Origin: Octopus vulgaris
Lineage: Eukaryota
Direction of reading: 5' to 3'
Length of the DNA stretch: 64,000 bases
Assembly: GCA_951406725.2 (NCBI GenBank)
Contig: OX597821.1
Coordinates: 17,422,001-17,486,000 of the forward strand
The translations under genes and the position numbers were made by a program. The notes beneath the pieces were generated by a model. That model searched no databases. It saw nothing but the letters and a program-made list of their open reading frames with translations, and was not told the origin of the DNA. This document shows positions 30,119 through 43,441 of the stretch, in pieces (the stretch's first letter is position 1; each line of letters opens with the position of its first letter).

Positions 30119-30305
30119 ATAAAGACGTCAAGCTAACAGAATCGTTAGAGCGACGAGAAAGAAAAAAAAGTTAGTGGTATTCATTCTGTCGCTTTGCGTT
30201 CAGAGTTCAAACCTCACCGAAGTTAACTTTGCCTTTCATCCTATCGGGAGTCGATAAAATGCAGCAACCCTTGACCTCGAAATCGCTGGCCTTGTTCCTA
30301 AATCA
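30119..30305 (+). mobile_element. SINE family B, diverged
   Basis: Contains gagttcaaacctcaccgaagttaactttgcctttcatcc. Confidence 0.65.
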
Positions 30306-30809
30306 GGATTGATTATGTAGATGGATATCCGTTTAGATGTATATGCGTCAGTAGGTGTTTAATGCACACAGAGAGGGGGTAGAGAGAGGGAGAAAGCGAA
30401 TTAGAGTGAATGAGTGGAAGCGTGTGTTAAATCAACTGACAAGCGCTATTACTAACAAGACGTATATATCTAACTGTACAAAACAACCACCCATTCCGTT
30501 GCAAAACTAATGTTGTCCTGCAGGATAGTACCGCAAATACATCATGAAACATTAATTAATATTGACATGCCGGGTTGTTGATTGTGCCACTTTCTACCAT
30601 CGTTTTTGTAAAACGGAAGGCTCTTTGGGGACGTTCACAGTAATTCTGCCAAATTAAGAAGGATTTAATAATAATTCTTCCAACTTTTGTACGATAAGGT
30701 GCACTGCTATAGCTCCTCTCTTGTCTAATACAAATTTATTGGATAAATTTCACACAGCTTGGAAACATCATCTTTTATCTTTTTTTTTTGCTGTTGTTTT
30801 ATTTGTTTC

Positions 30810-31404
30810 TTATTTCTTTATTGCCCATAAGGGGCTAAACATAGAGGAGACAAAGACAGACAAAGAGATTAAGTCGATTACATCGACCCCAGTGTGCAAC
30901 TGGTACTTAATTTATTGACCCCGAAAGGATGAAAGGCGAAGTCGACCTCTGCGGAATTTGAACTAAGAACGTAACGGCAGACGAAATACTTATTTCTTTA
31001 CTACCCACAAGGGGCTAAACACAGAGGGGACAAACAAGGACAGACAGACGGATTAAGTCCATTATATCGGCCCCAGTGCATAACTGGTACTTAATTTATC
31101 GACTCCGAAAGGATGAAAGGCAAAGTCGACCTCGGCGGAATTTGAACTCAGAACGTAATGGCAGACGAAATACTTATTTCTTTATTACCCACAAGGGGCT
31201 AAACACAGAGGGGACAAACAAGGACAGACATAGGTATTAAGTCGATTACATCGACCCCAGTGCGTAACTGGTACTTAATTTATCGACCCCGAAAGGATGA
31301 AAGGCAAAGTCGACCTCGGCGGAATTTGAACTCAGAACGTAACGCAGACGAAATACTGCTAAGCATTTCGCCCAGCGTGCTAACGTCTCTGCCAGCTCAC
31401 CGCC
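30810..31404 (-). mobile_element. SINE family B trimer with a single 16-bp TSD
   Basis: One head plus three bodies. TTGTTTTATTTGTTTC at 30794-30809 and 31405-31420. Confidence 0.92.
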
Positions 31405-31657
31405 TTGTTTTATTTGTTTCACTCAGACTGCGGCCGGCCATACTGGGGTACAGCTTGAAGAATTTTAGTTGAAGGAATCGATCCCAGTACTCATATTTTC
31501 TATTCAAGCCTACTAATTAATCTATTGGTCGCTTTTGCCGAACTGCTGAGTTACGGTGACGTAAAGAGACCAACACCGGTTATCAAGCGGTTGTGCGGGA
31601 CAAACACACACACACAGATAGATAGATAGATAGAGAGAGAGAGAGGGAGGGAGAGAG

Positions 31658-31707
<50 letters not shown>

Positions 31708-31935
31708 ACACATACGTTCATACATACATACATACATACATACATACATACATACATACATACGTACATATGACTGGCTTCTTTCAGTTTCTGTCTACCA
31801 TATCAACTCACAAGGATTTGGTCGGCCAGAGGCTATAGTAGAAGACACTTGCCCAAGGTGTCACACTATGGGATTGAACTCTGAACCATGTGGTCGGAGA
31901 GCAAACTTCATACCCCACAGCCACATCTGTGCCTA
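31405..31935 (-). mobile_element. SINE family A, diverged; its tail is the target of the SINE B trimer
   Basis: Colinear reverse copy with internal (GATA)/(CATA) expansions. Confidence 0.8.
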
Positions 31936-31983
31936 TTCTTTAAATGTTATGCTTTCACTGCCCTCGGCAATATATATGTGATA

Positions 31984-32110
31984 GTGGTGGTGGTGGTGGT
32001 GGTGGTGGTGGTTGTGGTGGTGGTCGTGATGGTGGTAGTGGTAGTGGTGGTGGTGGTGGTGGTGGTGATGGTGGTGGTGGTGGTGGTGGTGGTGGTGGTG
32101 GTGGTGGTGG

Positions 32111-32141
<31 letters not shown>

Positions 32142-32490
32142 GGTGATGGTGGTGATGGTGATGGTGATGGTGGTGGTGATGGTGATGGTGTTGGTGTTGG
32201 TGGTGATGGTGGTGATGGCGGTGATGGTGGTGATGGTGGTGGTGATGGTGGTAGTGGTAGTGGTGGTGGTGATGGTGGTGATGGTGATGGTGATGGTGAT
32301 GGTGTTGGTGGTGGTCGTGATGGTGGTGATGGTGATGGTGGTGGTGATTGTGGTGGTGGTGGTGGTGGTGGTGGTGATGGTGGCGGTGATGGCGGTGGTG
32401 GCGGTGGTGGTGGTGATGGTGGTATGGTGGTGGTGATGGTGGTGATGATCTGTGGTGGCGGCGGTGATGGTGATGGTGGTTGGGGTAGGG
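31984..32490. repeat. (GGT/GAT)n microsatellite
   Basis: Visible; source of the poly-V and poly-G ORFs. Confidence 0.95.
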
Positions 32491-32585
32491 GTATTAATAA
32501 TAGTCGATATTGATGCTGTTACTCATGCTGGTATTCACACTTGGATCGGTTTTGATCGAGCACACCTATGAGAAAAATGCATTAC

Positions 32586-33198
32586 AGCCTTCACCATACC
32601 TTGAGAAAAATTCCTTCTCTCGCTCCAACCTTTCTGCCTTTCTATACATTCGTGCTTTCCTTATTGTTTTCACGTATTTTTGTATTTTTATTCGTGTACA
32701 TCGTCCGTTTTCCGTCCTTGTGTTGTATACATTCGAAGCTTTCTTCCAAGGGATCTAATGCGCTTGGCTTAGATTTCCCTTGGGGGCTGCCCAGGTCGGA
32801 GCAATCTCAAGATTAATCAGCCGAAATTGCGAAGATGATCTGGTTCTTGACTGATGACTGAGGGCTTCGAATGTCCCGTCCTGTGGTTCTTGTGTCGTCT
32901 TCTAGGTGTTTCACGTTCTTGTCCCAGTTTGTATATATTTTTTACTTTATATATATATATATATATATAATACAAAAATGGTACAAGAACGCAAAACATC
33001 CAGACAGACGCTACAAAGATAATAAGGATGAGTCATTCGGAATTTTTTATCCTCAGTAGAGTTCCAGATTATCTTTGCAATTTCGGCTGGTTATACTCGA
33101 GATTGTTCCAATCTGGCCAGGCCCAAGGAAAGACCTAAGCTAAGAGCATTAGATTCCTTGGAAGAAAGCAGCGAATGTTTACGAAAACAAGGACGGAT
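32586..33198. mobile_element. Diverged inverted-repeat element (Penelope-like architecture)
   Basis: Arms at about 32710-32925 and 32980-33198 are reverse complements around a (TA)n, with an extension on the left arm only. Confidence 0.55.
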
Positions 33199-33429
33199 AT
33201 TGTTGTGCCTGGAGAGAGTCAATCTATTTTAATGCCTTCTTAATTAAGAGATGTGTTTTTTGCTGCTGCCGTTTTAATTGTAGCTCTCCATTTTGGTTCG
33301 CCGTTCATTTTTGATTTGTTACCACTTTTTGCTGTGTTCTGTATCCCTTTGACACGTTACTTGCATTAGCAGGTTGGTTTCTTTTTTTATGAATTCCCCC
33401 TGCTCAGGACTGAATTATTGAATTATTTT

Positions 33430-36268
33430 TATCTCTCTCTTGTGTAAAAATGGTTACACAGAAATGGATACCGAACAAACAGGAATGGCCCACCATAACG
33501 AGATACATGAAAGCCTCCTAGAAGAATTATACCAGCAAATGTTTCCCCAACTCCCAAGCCTTGAGAATGACAAAAAGCTACAAACCTCAAAACGAAACTA
33601 CAAACAAGTAATAACAAGGTAAAATTTGCAGCAGTAACCGGTGTCACAAGCGAAACGGTCCAAGTCGGCCCGAGAGAACTAGATAATATACAAATTTCTC
33701 GCGGAAAAGGAAGGAACTAACGTTAAATTGACCCCCAGCCCCGTGAGTACGTGATACATACAACAAAGTAGAAACCCATCATTTATAAAACGCTCTCATT
33801 AAAAACAAAAAAGATAGATATGGCATCAAAAGAAGTAATAGAAAAGTGTCTCCAGCCAATCTGGCATGATATCAAATATGTTGCCAGAGGGAAACGTTTT
33901 GCCTCAGTGGAAGCAAAGTTCGACTCTGAGGAGAAAGCTAAAATGCACTCTACAACTTCCTTAAAAACGGCAGACCTGGTGCTGCTTCCGACCTACCTCG
34001 GGAAACGTACATCAAAAATTAAGATAGGGGAGATCCCAACGGAGATAGACGTGGTAAGGCTTGTGGCGGCCTTGTTACTGAACCTGGAAGACAGAGTCAC
34101 CATCCACTAAGTCACTAAGCTACACCAGCAAAACTGGTGGGGGCAAGGCCTGGAACTTGTAATCTAGGCCACCCAACAAGATTTGGAAGATTTACCAGAC
34201 CAGGCGCTGTTACCGGACGAGACCACACTGAGAGTTATGGTGGAGGGAAGAAAATCTAGATGTTATAAGTGTGGACTAAAAGGGTAAAGTAGAGCCGAAT
34301 GTCCACAAGAACAACCATCAACAGTACCCCTCCACCCAACAACCCCCACAAACCGACGACCCCAAAGGAAAAAAACGACGAACCAACTATCACTACTCCC
34401 AAGGAACCCACATCTGAAGCTCTGAGGGGTGAAACAAAAACCTCAAGAGAGGTGCCCTGGACAATGCACCCCCAACTACTAATCAAAACAGGCAATAAAT
34501 GAAAGCAAGTAGCGAAAAAAGTCGTAAAAGGAAAACTACCTTCACTCACAGCACTCATACATGAACCCCAAACACTCAACCCATTACCCCCAGGCACAAT
34601 AATAAACATCACTGCAATCGGCACCAATAACAGCACTCTAGTAGAACTCTCTCACAATAATCCAAACGTTACCCCATACCAAGCCCCATATAACTCAAAT
34701 ATACCAGCGAACACAGAATTCATATACATCTAATATAATAAATGCTAAAACTAATTTCTGTGTGTCAGTGTCACACTTAGACCCCCCTATCTCACTATTC
34801 AATGACACCCCTACTGTTTCTCATGATTGGGTGAAAGTAATAGTAGGCACAGAGACGGTAAGGGCGGTGGCGAAGACATACTTAGACAAGGTATTTATGA
34901 GAGTAGCAGATAAAAATAGTATTAGTTGTCCACAATTCAGTATCGTCACCAACACAGACCACAAATTCGTGACCTGTAGGCTTGACTTAGATATCTTTAG
35001 TAGACAGGACCCCGGTTACTGAAAGTTAAACAAGTCACTCCTGGCATGTGAAACAGGCAGTAATCGGATTAGGGAGCTACTCAAGAGGGCTTTAACAGGC
35101 GCTATCCTAAGCAATAAATGGTTGTACTCACTCAAAAAAGCCATCAGAATTGAGTCAATTAGATTTAGTAAAGAGCTAGCACATAAGAAAAATAGTTTAG
35201 AAAGGGAATTAGGTCTATAAAAGAGGCAATGAGAACAGGCACTGCATCCAACGTCTTGCCAGTGAGATTGGCTCTCGACCAACACCTCAATGCCAAACAC
35301 GAAGGATGCATTGTCAGAGCTAAGGTACGTTCAATGGGACAACGGAATCAACGTCACTCGATGGGCCCGTGTAGTAGAAGCTCAACGTGGCAACGATGCC
35401 ACCATAAGATCTTTGGTCGACCAGCAGGGGTGAACAATAAACGAACCCGATTTAATGTGTAAGGTCTTTCAACCAGCATTTCGCACACCTATTTGGGACG
35501 AGTGGCGAACCAGCGGGGCAAGTGGGACTTCACGGACTTCCTCGCCGGCTTGCTGCAACTCTCGGGGCGGGAAGCGGAGTGCTGTGAAGGGCCGATCACA
35601 GGCGTGGAGGTGGAAGAGCTCTCGTCAGACTGCGTCAGGGACAACATGCCAGGTTTGTTAGAACACCTACTAGCAAGCATTTACGCCAACTGGCAGCAGA
35701 ACGTAAGCTGGGGAGTCGTGGTGCTGCAAAGAAAGGATCCAAATAAGGGGAACTTCATGTATAATTTTAGGTCCATCACTATGTTCAGTGCAGAGTTGAA
35801 GATTTTGGTCAAGGTATTAGCGAAGAGGTTGGTGCGTGTCGTGGATAAACTGGTTGGGGAGGCACAAACCTACGACATCCCAAACAGAACAATACACGGC
35901 AATCTCCACCTCATATGATATACCTTAAAGAGGGAAGCTAAAATTCCTGATCCATTTAGGTCGGTCTAAGGCAGGGGTGGGCAAACTTTTTTGATCGCGG
36001 GCCGCACAGTGCGTCTTTGGAACCTTGGCGGGCCTCATTTATAAAAATCAAGTGAAAATATTGTGAATTACCGTACAGTTACGAAGTATCTGCATAGAAG
36101 TTGGGATTCATTAAAGCTCTCGGCGGGCCGCATGAAAACCTATGGCGGGCCGCATGAAAACCTATGGCGGGCCGCATGTGGCCCGCGGGCCGTAGTTTGC
36201 CCACCCCTGGTCTAAGGCATTCAGCAGTGTTGAACATCGGTATATGGTTGCGGTTTTCGAGCAGTTTG
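33430..36268 (+). mobile_element. Decayed Tx1/L1-clade LINE (ORF1 plus partial ORF2)
   Basis: ORF1 zinc knuckle RCYKCGLKG*..AECP near 34260. Endonuclease end YLDKVF...TDHK and PGY*KLNKSLL. RT motifs NFRSITMFSAELKILVKVLAKRL...Q...IPNRTIHGNL and KAFSSVEH. Many stops and frameshifts. Confidence 0.88.
35972..36209. mobile_element. hAT (Charlie-like) MITE inserted in the LINE RT region
   Basis: Perfect TIRs CAGGGGTGGGCAAAC / GTTTGCCCACCCCTG and a perfect 8-bp TSD GTCTAAGG (35964-35971, 36210-36217). Confidence 0.95.
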
Positions 36269-36280
36269 TATATATATATA

Positions 36281-37390
36281 TAATAATAAAGGGTGAAATT
36301 AATTAATTAGGAATAATTATCAATTACACCAAGTAGATTTCGGCATGTAAAAGCTCCATTCGAGGAAAATTTAAGTAATACTAAGTAATTAAGGGTTTAG
36401 CAACGAATTGCCTCACCAACACACCGAATTTAGAAATAGCAGTCAAAGAGATATAGCTATTCCTTCTACTAAAAGGGGGATCTCAGTAAAAACACAGCAC
36501 TTGAAAGGCAAACACAGACAGGTAAGAAAGAAAGAATGAAATGACGGCAATCTATCATACAATTTTAAGTTACCTACGGACGTACGTTTCGAGATCAAGT
36601 TTTAGGAGAGCATAAGAATTAGAAAATTCTACTTTACCCAAACTTCTTCTCTCATCGGCGCAGGGTACTACAATTATGAATAATTGTATATTAAATTTTG
36701 AGATACTAGAAGGCATCATCTCAACTCAGTGTCAGAGCGAGCCAAAGCATGACCAGTACCACGAAATTCAAAGTTTGAATGAAAGTTTGTGTCACCAGCC
36801 CCCTTCCACCCGCGTGTAGCCAAGACAAAATGCTGCGGTCCTTTACTGGGATAAAATATGGTTATCAGTAATAATAAAGGGTGAAATTAATTAATTAGGA
36901 ATAATTATCAATTACACCAAGTAGATTTCGGCATGTAAAAGCTCCATTCGAGGAAAATTTAAGTAATACTAAGTAATTAAGGGTTTAGCAACGAATTGCC
37001 TCACCAACACACCGAATTTGGAAATAGCAGTCAAAGAGATATAGCTATTCCTTCTACTAAAAGGGGGATCTCAGTAAAAACACAGCACTTGAAAGGCAAA
37101 CACAGACAGGTAAGAAAGAAAGAATGAAATGACGGCAATCTATCATACAATTTTAAGTTACCTACGGACGTACGTTTCGAGATCAAGTTTTAGGAGAGCA
37201 TAAGAATTAGAAAATTCTACATTGCCGTCATTTCATTCTTTCTTTCTTACCTGTCTGTGTTTGCCTTTCAAGTGCTGTGTTTTTACTGAGATCCCCCTTT
37301 TAGTAGAAGGAATAGCTATATCTCTTTGACTGCTATTTCTAAATTCGGTGTGTTGGTGAGGCAATTCGTTGCTAAACCCTTAATTACTTA

Positions 37391-37393
<3 letters not shown>
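36281..37393 (-). mobile_element. Penelope-like element: tandem plus inverted pseudo-LTR structure
   Basis: Near-identical direct repeats 36281-36632 and 36869-37220, then an inverted copy 37221-37393. (TA)n flanks. A hammerhead motif lies at 36573-36664. Confidence 0.85.
36573..36664 (-). ncRNA. Type I hammerhead ribozyme motif (CCGAUGA core, long stem II)
   Basis: Minus strand: cctgcg-CCGATGA-gaga...tctc-GAAA-cgtacg-TC-cgtagg. Stem I is cctgcg/cgtagg, stem III is the palindrome ACGTACGT, and the triplet is GUC. Confidence 0.75.
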
Positions 37394-37449
<56 letters not shown>

Positions 37450-37941
37450 TATCCATGTCTACAAATCTACCACACAACTAAATCCTGTTTCCTTCTAACA
37501 TATAAGCTAGGATTAGTCTATTATGTTTGTTACTACAATTCCTGCTCCATGGACTTCTCATCTTTAATATACAGAAGCTCTTTATCTTCTGTACCTATTT
37601 TTAGGCCCTCTCATTTCTAAAGATATCGTCCATCAGCTGAACCAAACCAAGTACCAATATTAGACTGATTAGTTGGTTTACAGCTTAATATGGCCATCTG
37701 TAACAATTTATTTTGATTTAATATTACATACGCACCGACACACAAATCCATACACGCACACAGATACATACACACACAAACACACACACACAAATATGCG
37801 CGCACACATATGCACACACACACTTCTATGTGCGCGTGCATGTGTGTGTGTATGTGCATCTGTGTATGGATACATACACAAATATGAACACACATACGCA
37901 TACACATTTATGTGTGCGCGTGAGTGCGTGTGTGTGTGTGT

Positions 37942-37991
<50 letters not shown>

Positions 37992-37994
<3 letters not shown>

Positions 37995-38205
37995 GGCACG
38001 TGTCCCAGTGGTTAAAGTGTAGCACTCACAATCTTGCGATCGTGATTGCGATTTCCAGACCGATAGAGTTTTGTGTTCTTGAACAAAAACTTCACATCAC
38101 CTTGCTCCGAGTCCAATAATTTGTAAACGGGTAACCCTGCAGCGGACTGGCAATTAGATCAGGGTGAATGTAGCACTGTCCGCCTAGCCAGTATTCGAAA
38201 GCCAC
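37992..38205 (+). mobile_element. Old tRNA-derived SINE (E-like head)
   Basis: gaaggcacgtgtcccagtggttaaag ... gtgttcttgaacaaaa. Confidence 0.6.
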
Positions 38206-38303
38206 GACAATGCGAGGAAGCGCAATTGTGACGGTTGATGTACCACGACATCCAACAGATTTTTAATACAGTGATGTGCGTCTGTGTGTGTGTGCACGTG
38301 TGT

Positions 38304-38368
<65 letters not shown>

Positions 38369-39084
38369 TGTATGTGTGTGTGTGTAAACCAAACCGATCT
38401 TGAAATTTGTGTCATATGTAAAAGCACTTTTAATTACGCTTTTGTATAGGGCAGTATTGCTATTTCACACACACGCACACACCATTAACAGCATCTCAAA
38501 AATGTGCATTTGACTGATTGATAAAGATTCATACATCGATAATCTTTAACCTCTGGCTCGGCTCACATTTTCTCCCGCTTTACGCCATTTCTATCGCAGC
38601 TAGAATATCTTCCTCTCTGCTTGCCTTCCCTCTTCTTCACATAAGCCCAACCGGCACATTTGTCTCTTTTCCATCGTGTCATACTATGTTCCGTCAACCC
38701 CATTCCATGATCCCGAGTTTAAAACTTTATCCATCACACTCAGAAACACCATGGTCTGTACCATGAACAGTCTCCCTTATTGTTCTGTTATGTAACTCGT
38801 TATTTAGGAAAGTAGCTTTTTCATGTCTTAGTTTAATATCTCACTCTCATTTTAAAGAAGTGGTGGGTAATATAAAGGACGTACCGGACGAGATAGAAAA
38901 TGAAAAATTAAAGGAACAATATGGGATCAACTGTAACCGGGTGTGAAAAGGACATAAATGATGCTACTGAGGTGAGGTGGGTGGCGCATTTTTCGTATAT
39001 CATTATCTTTTATCATCCATATGATAAAAGGGTAATAAAGAAATCGGTTTAATATCTTGCTTTCGTTTTCTGTAGATGCATAGT

Positions 39085-39452
39085 TTTGCGGTAAGAAGTT
39101 CGCTTCTCAGCCACATGTTCCTGAGTCAGATCCAACGTATGTCACCTTGGGCAAGTGTCGTCTACTATAGTGACAGCCCGACCAAAGACTTGTGAGTGAG
39201 ATTTTGTAGACGAAAACTGGATGAAACCTGTTGTACATGTACGTGTTTGTGTTCGTAACGTTTCTGTATGTATGTGTGTCGTTCACTATCGCTTGACAAC
39301 CGGTGTTGGTTTGTTTATGCCCCACCCCTCAACTTAGCAATTCTACAATAGAGACTAATAAGGTAAGTACTAGGCTTTAAAAACAAGTACTGATTTGTTC
39401 GACTAACCGCCAGCATAGCCGCAATCAAATGACTGAAACCAGTGAAAGATAA
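39085..39452 (+). mobile_element. SINE family A, diverged
   Basis: Colinear degenerate copy. Confidence 0.78.
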
Positions 39453-39592
39453 AGTATATATCTTTAACGAGCTGATGAGTCCGCATAAGGGACATCTTCC
39501 GTCGGTTCTTTCATTATCAGCTTTTTGTTTTCCATTTTCGAAACAGAAAACTTCCTTAAAGTGTTGTTGTAACTTTGCAAACACAACCAATA

Positions 39593-40046
<454 letters not shown>

Positions 40047-40492
40047 TGCACAACCAATACAGTTGCAATTTTTGCCATTCTTTTATTTGGAAACTCCTCT
40101 CTTCTGAGCTCCAGATAGTTCTTTGTGTTCTTTGTGTTAAAAAATAATCTGAAAAGAAACAAAAGGAAAAAAACAAATAGTGTCAAAAATTGTGAAGGAT
40201 GTGGGATTTTTAGCCTAGATATGATAATTCAAAACATCAATGTCATACCAAAGGAAATTTACAATCTTCAATTGCTTTTTGTTTTTGTTTTTTTTTTGCG
40301 GGGGCGGGGGGTAGCAAGACGCTCTGAAAAATTGCTCCTTTTGCTTCTTCGTGAATCCACTATGTTCCTTTACCTCTCATAATTGTCTTATCTTATAATT
40401 GTTTCTAAATTTGGTGCAAAAGCTATAGATAGATGTGGCCGGAATGTTCATAAATCTAGGTTTGCTCAAGCACAGCTGACCTGGGTCTGCAA

Positions 40493-40581
<89 letters not shown>

Positions 40582-41097
40582 ACCCTAGGTCAGCTTTAAT
40601 AAAGGCATCGCTCCCGCCATAATTATCTCGTTTTCCGGATATTCCAAGAACTAATTTATAAAAATAACGGTTTCAAATTTTGGCACAAGTCCAGCAATTG
40701 TAAGGGAGGGGTATGTCATTAACATCGGCCCCAGTGCTCAACTGGTACTTATTTTATCGACTCCGAAAGGATAAAAGGCAAAGTCAAGCTCGGTGAAATT
40801 TGAACACAGAACGTAAAGACGGACGAAATGCCGCGCGGCGTGGCTGTGTGGTAAGAGACTTGCTTCCCAACCACATTTTTCCAGGTTCAGTTCCACTGCA
40901 TGACACCTTAGTTGTCTTCTACAATCGCCTCGAGTGGACAAAAGTCTTGTAATCATATTTGATAGAAGGAAACTGATAGAAGCCCGTGGTATATACATAT
41001 ACAGGGAGTGACAGAAATAACGCCCTCTTTGCATGTAATAACTTTTATTAAGTAATTTTTTTATTGAACGCAAATTTATTGTATTACTTAAAGAAAT

Positions 41098-41511
41098 GCA
41101 GGAGTGGCTGTGTGGTAAGTAGCTTGCTAACCAACCACATGGTTCCGGGTTCAGTCCCACTGCGTGGCATCTTGGGCAAGTGTCTTCTGCTATAGCCCCG
41201 GGCCGACCAATGCCTTGTGAGTGGATTTGGTAGATGGAAACTGAAAGAAGCCTGTCGTATATATGTATATATATATGTGTGTGTGCGTGTGTGTTTGCGT
41301 GTCTGTGTTTGTCCCCCTAGCATTGCTTGACAACCGATGCTGGTGTGCTTACGTCCCCGTAACTTAGCGGTTCGGCAAAAGAGACCGATAGAATAAGTAC
41401 TGGGCTTACAAAGAATAAGTCCCGAGGTCGATTTGCTCGACTAAAGGCGGTGCTCCAGCATGGCCGCAGTCAAATGACTGAAACAAATAAAAGAGTAAAG
41501 AGTAAAGAGTA
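41098..41511 (+). mobile_element. SINE family A, young
   Basis: Near-consensus copy. Confidence 0.93.
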
Positions 41512-41611
41512 AACGAATAACAAACTAATGAGAAAAATCGCAGTTTTAGGAAATAAAAAAGAAATTCGATTAGAAGCTAGAAAACTCAAATACAAAAAGG
41601 CGTTACTTATA

Positions 41612-42657
41612 TTGGTTGGCAACTAAGTTCCCGCCGTTGTTTTAAATTAAAATTTTTTTAAAGATTTAATAAAAAATAACAACTAAAAAATCAATAATGC
41701 CTTCACCCTTCTTGTTTACAACTTCTCTCTAACATTCAACAAAATTTTCAATACCTCGTTGGTAGAAATCGCCCGATTTCGACTCGAAAAATTGATCCAA
41801 CCAAGCTGATCCAACCAATTCTGCATCAGCATTGAACGAAACTCCGCGCATAGCATGTTCCGCGTTGACCGTTTGGTTCCGTTCAAGCAACTCGTAATGG
41901 ATAATCCCTTCCCAGTCCCACCATACGCACAACATCGCTTTACGCCGATGAAGATCTTGTTTCACGCGCGGTGTCGCTTGTTTACCGGGGCTAAGCCATT
42001 CCTTACACTGCTTCATATTAATGTACAGGCACCATTTTTCGTCGCCAGTAACGATTCGGTAAAGAAATCGTTGCTTATGTCCATGAGTTGAGAGTGTCTA
42101 GCAAGCAAATCAGCAGAGATTGTGGCTCGTTGATTTTTGCTGTTGTCCCTTAAAGCATGCAGAACTCATGCTCCATACTTCTGAACCTTTTCCATCGAGT
42201 GAAGATACTTCTCTATAGCAGTGTGGGAGCATTCTATTTTCTCAGCCAGTTCCCTTGTCGTTTGACGAGAATTTTCCTGCAAAAGTTGGTTTAATCGCTT
42301 TTCATCGAACTCAACTGGACAGCGAGAACGAGGTGCGTCTTTGAGGTCAAAATTTCCATTTCTGAACCTGGCATACCAATCACGAACGGTTCTTTCAGCT
42401 ATGGCAACCACTCCATACACAGCAAAAATGTCAAATGTCGCGAGCAGCTTTTGCGGCCTTAGAACCTTGATTAAATGTAAAAAGAAGGAGGAGTCGAAAA
42501 TGCTCGTTTTTTCTCAACTTGACATTCCATTTTAATGATCTGAAAATATACAAAAATTAACTAAAATTAACTAGAAAAAAAAACAAAATAGATTACAAAA
42601 TTTAAAAAGCAATAAATTCCAAAATGTAAAAAAACAGCGGGAACTTAGTTGCCAACG

Positions 42658-42660
<3 letters not shown>
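41612..42660 (-). mobile_element. Decayed mariner transposon (mellifera-like TIR), internally deleted
   Basis: TIRs TTGGTTGGCAACTAAGTTCCCGC / GCGGGAACTTAGTTGCCAACGCAA with TA flanks. Transposase fragments: VRDWYARFRNGNFDLKDAPRS, TGDEKWC, KAMLCVWWDWEGIIHYELL, FYQRGIE. Confidence 0.92.
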
Positions 42661-42729
<69 letters not shown>

Positions 42730-42759
42730 ATATATGTATGCATGTATGTATGTATTATG

Positions 42760-42795
<36 letters not shown>

Positions 42796-43038
42796 TGTAT
42801 GTATGTGTGTGTATGTATGCATTTAAGAGTGTCTTTATGTCTGTGTTTGTCCCTCCAGCATCGCTTAACAATCTATGTTAGGGTTTACGTCCGTGTAAGC
42901 TAGCAGTTCGATAAAAGACCGATAGAACAAGTACTAAGCTTACAAAGAATAAATGCTGAGGTCGATTACTTCCACTAAAAGCCTTTATGGCTGTGCTCCA
43001 GCACGGCCGCAATCAAATGATTAAAACAAGTAGGAGTA

Positions 43039-43441
43039 AGAATGGCTGTGTGGTAAGTAGCTTGCTTACCAACCACATATTTCCGGGTTCAGTCCCAGTG
43101 TGTGACACCTTGGGCAAGTGTCTTCTACTATAGCCTCAATCCGACCAAAGTCTTGTGATTGGATTTGGTAGACGGAAACTGAAAGAAGCCTGTAGTATAT
43201 ATCTATATATGTGTGTGTGTGTGTGTTTGTGTGTCCCCCAACATCGCTTGACAACCGATGCTGGTGTGTTTGTGTCCCTGTAACATAGCGGTTCAGCAAA
43301 AGACACCGATAGAATAAGTACTAGGCTTACAAAGAATAAGTCCTGGGGTTGATTTGCTCGAATAAAGGCGGTGCTCCAGCATGTCCACAGTCAAATAACT
43401 GAAACAAGTAAAAGAGAGTAAAAGAGAGTAAGTAAAAGAGT
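43039..43441 (+). mobile_element. SINE family A
   Basis: Near-complete copy inserted at the tail of the older A copy. Confidence 0.9.

Larger units (their letters stand above)
40835..43040 (+). mobile_element. Old SINE family A split at its internal (TA)n (5' half 40835-41000, 3' half about 42661-43040)
   Basis: The two halves are complementary parts of one family A consensus. Confidence 0.78.

Noticed and set aside
31888-32513. Gly-rich or Val-rich protein
   Set aside because: (GGT)n microsatellite.
39465-39495. Hammerhead start CTGATGA-gtcc..ggac
   Set aside because: The GAAA and stem III half is missing, so a ribozyme cannot be supported.
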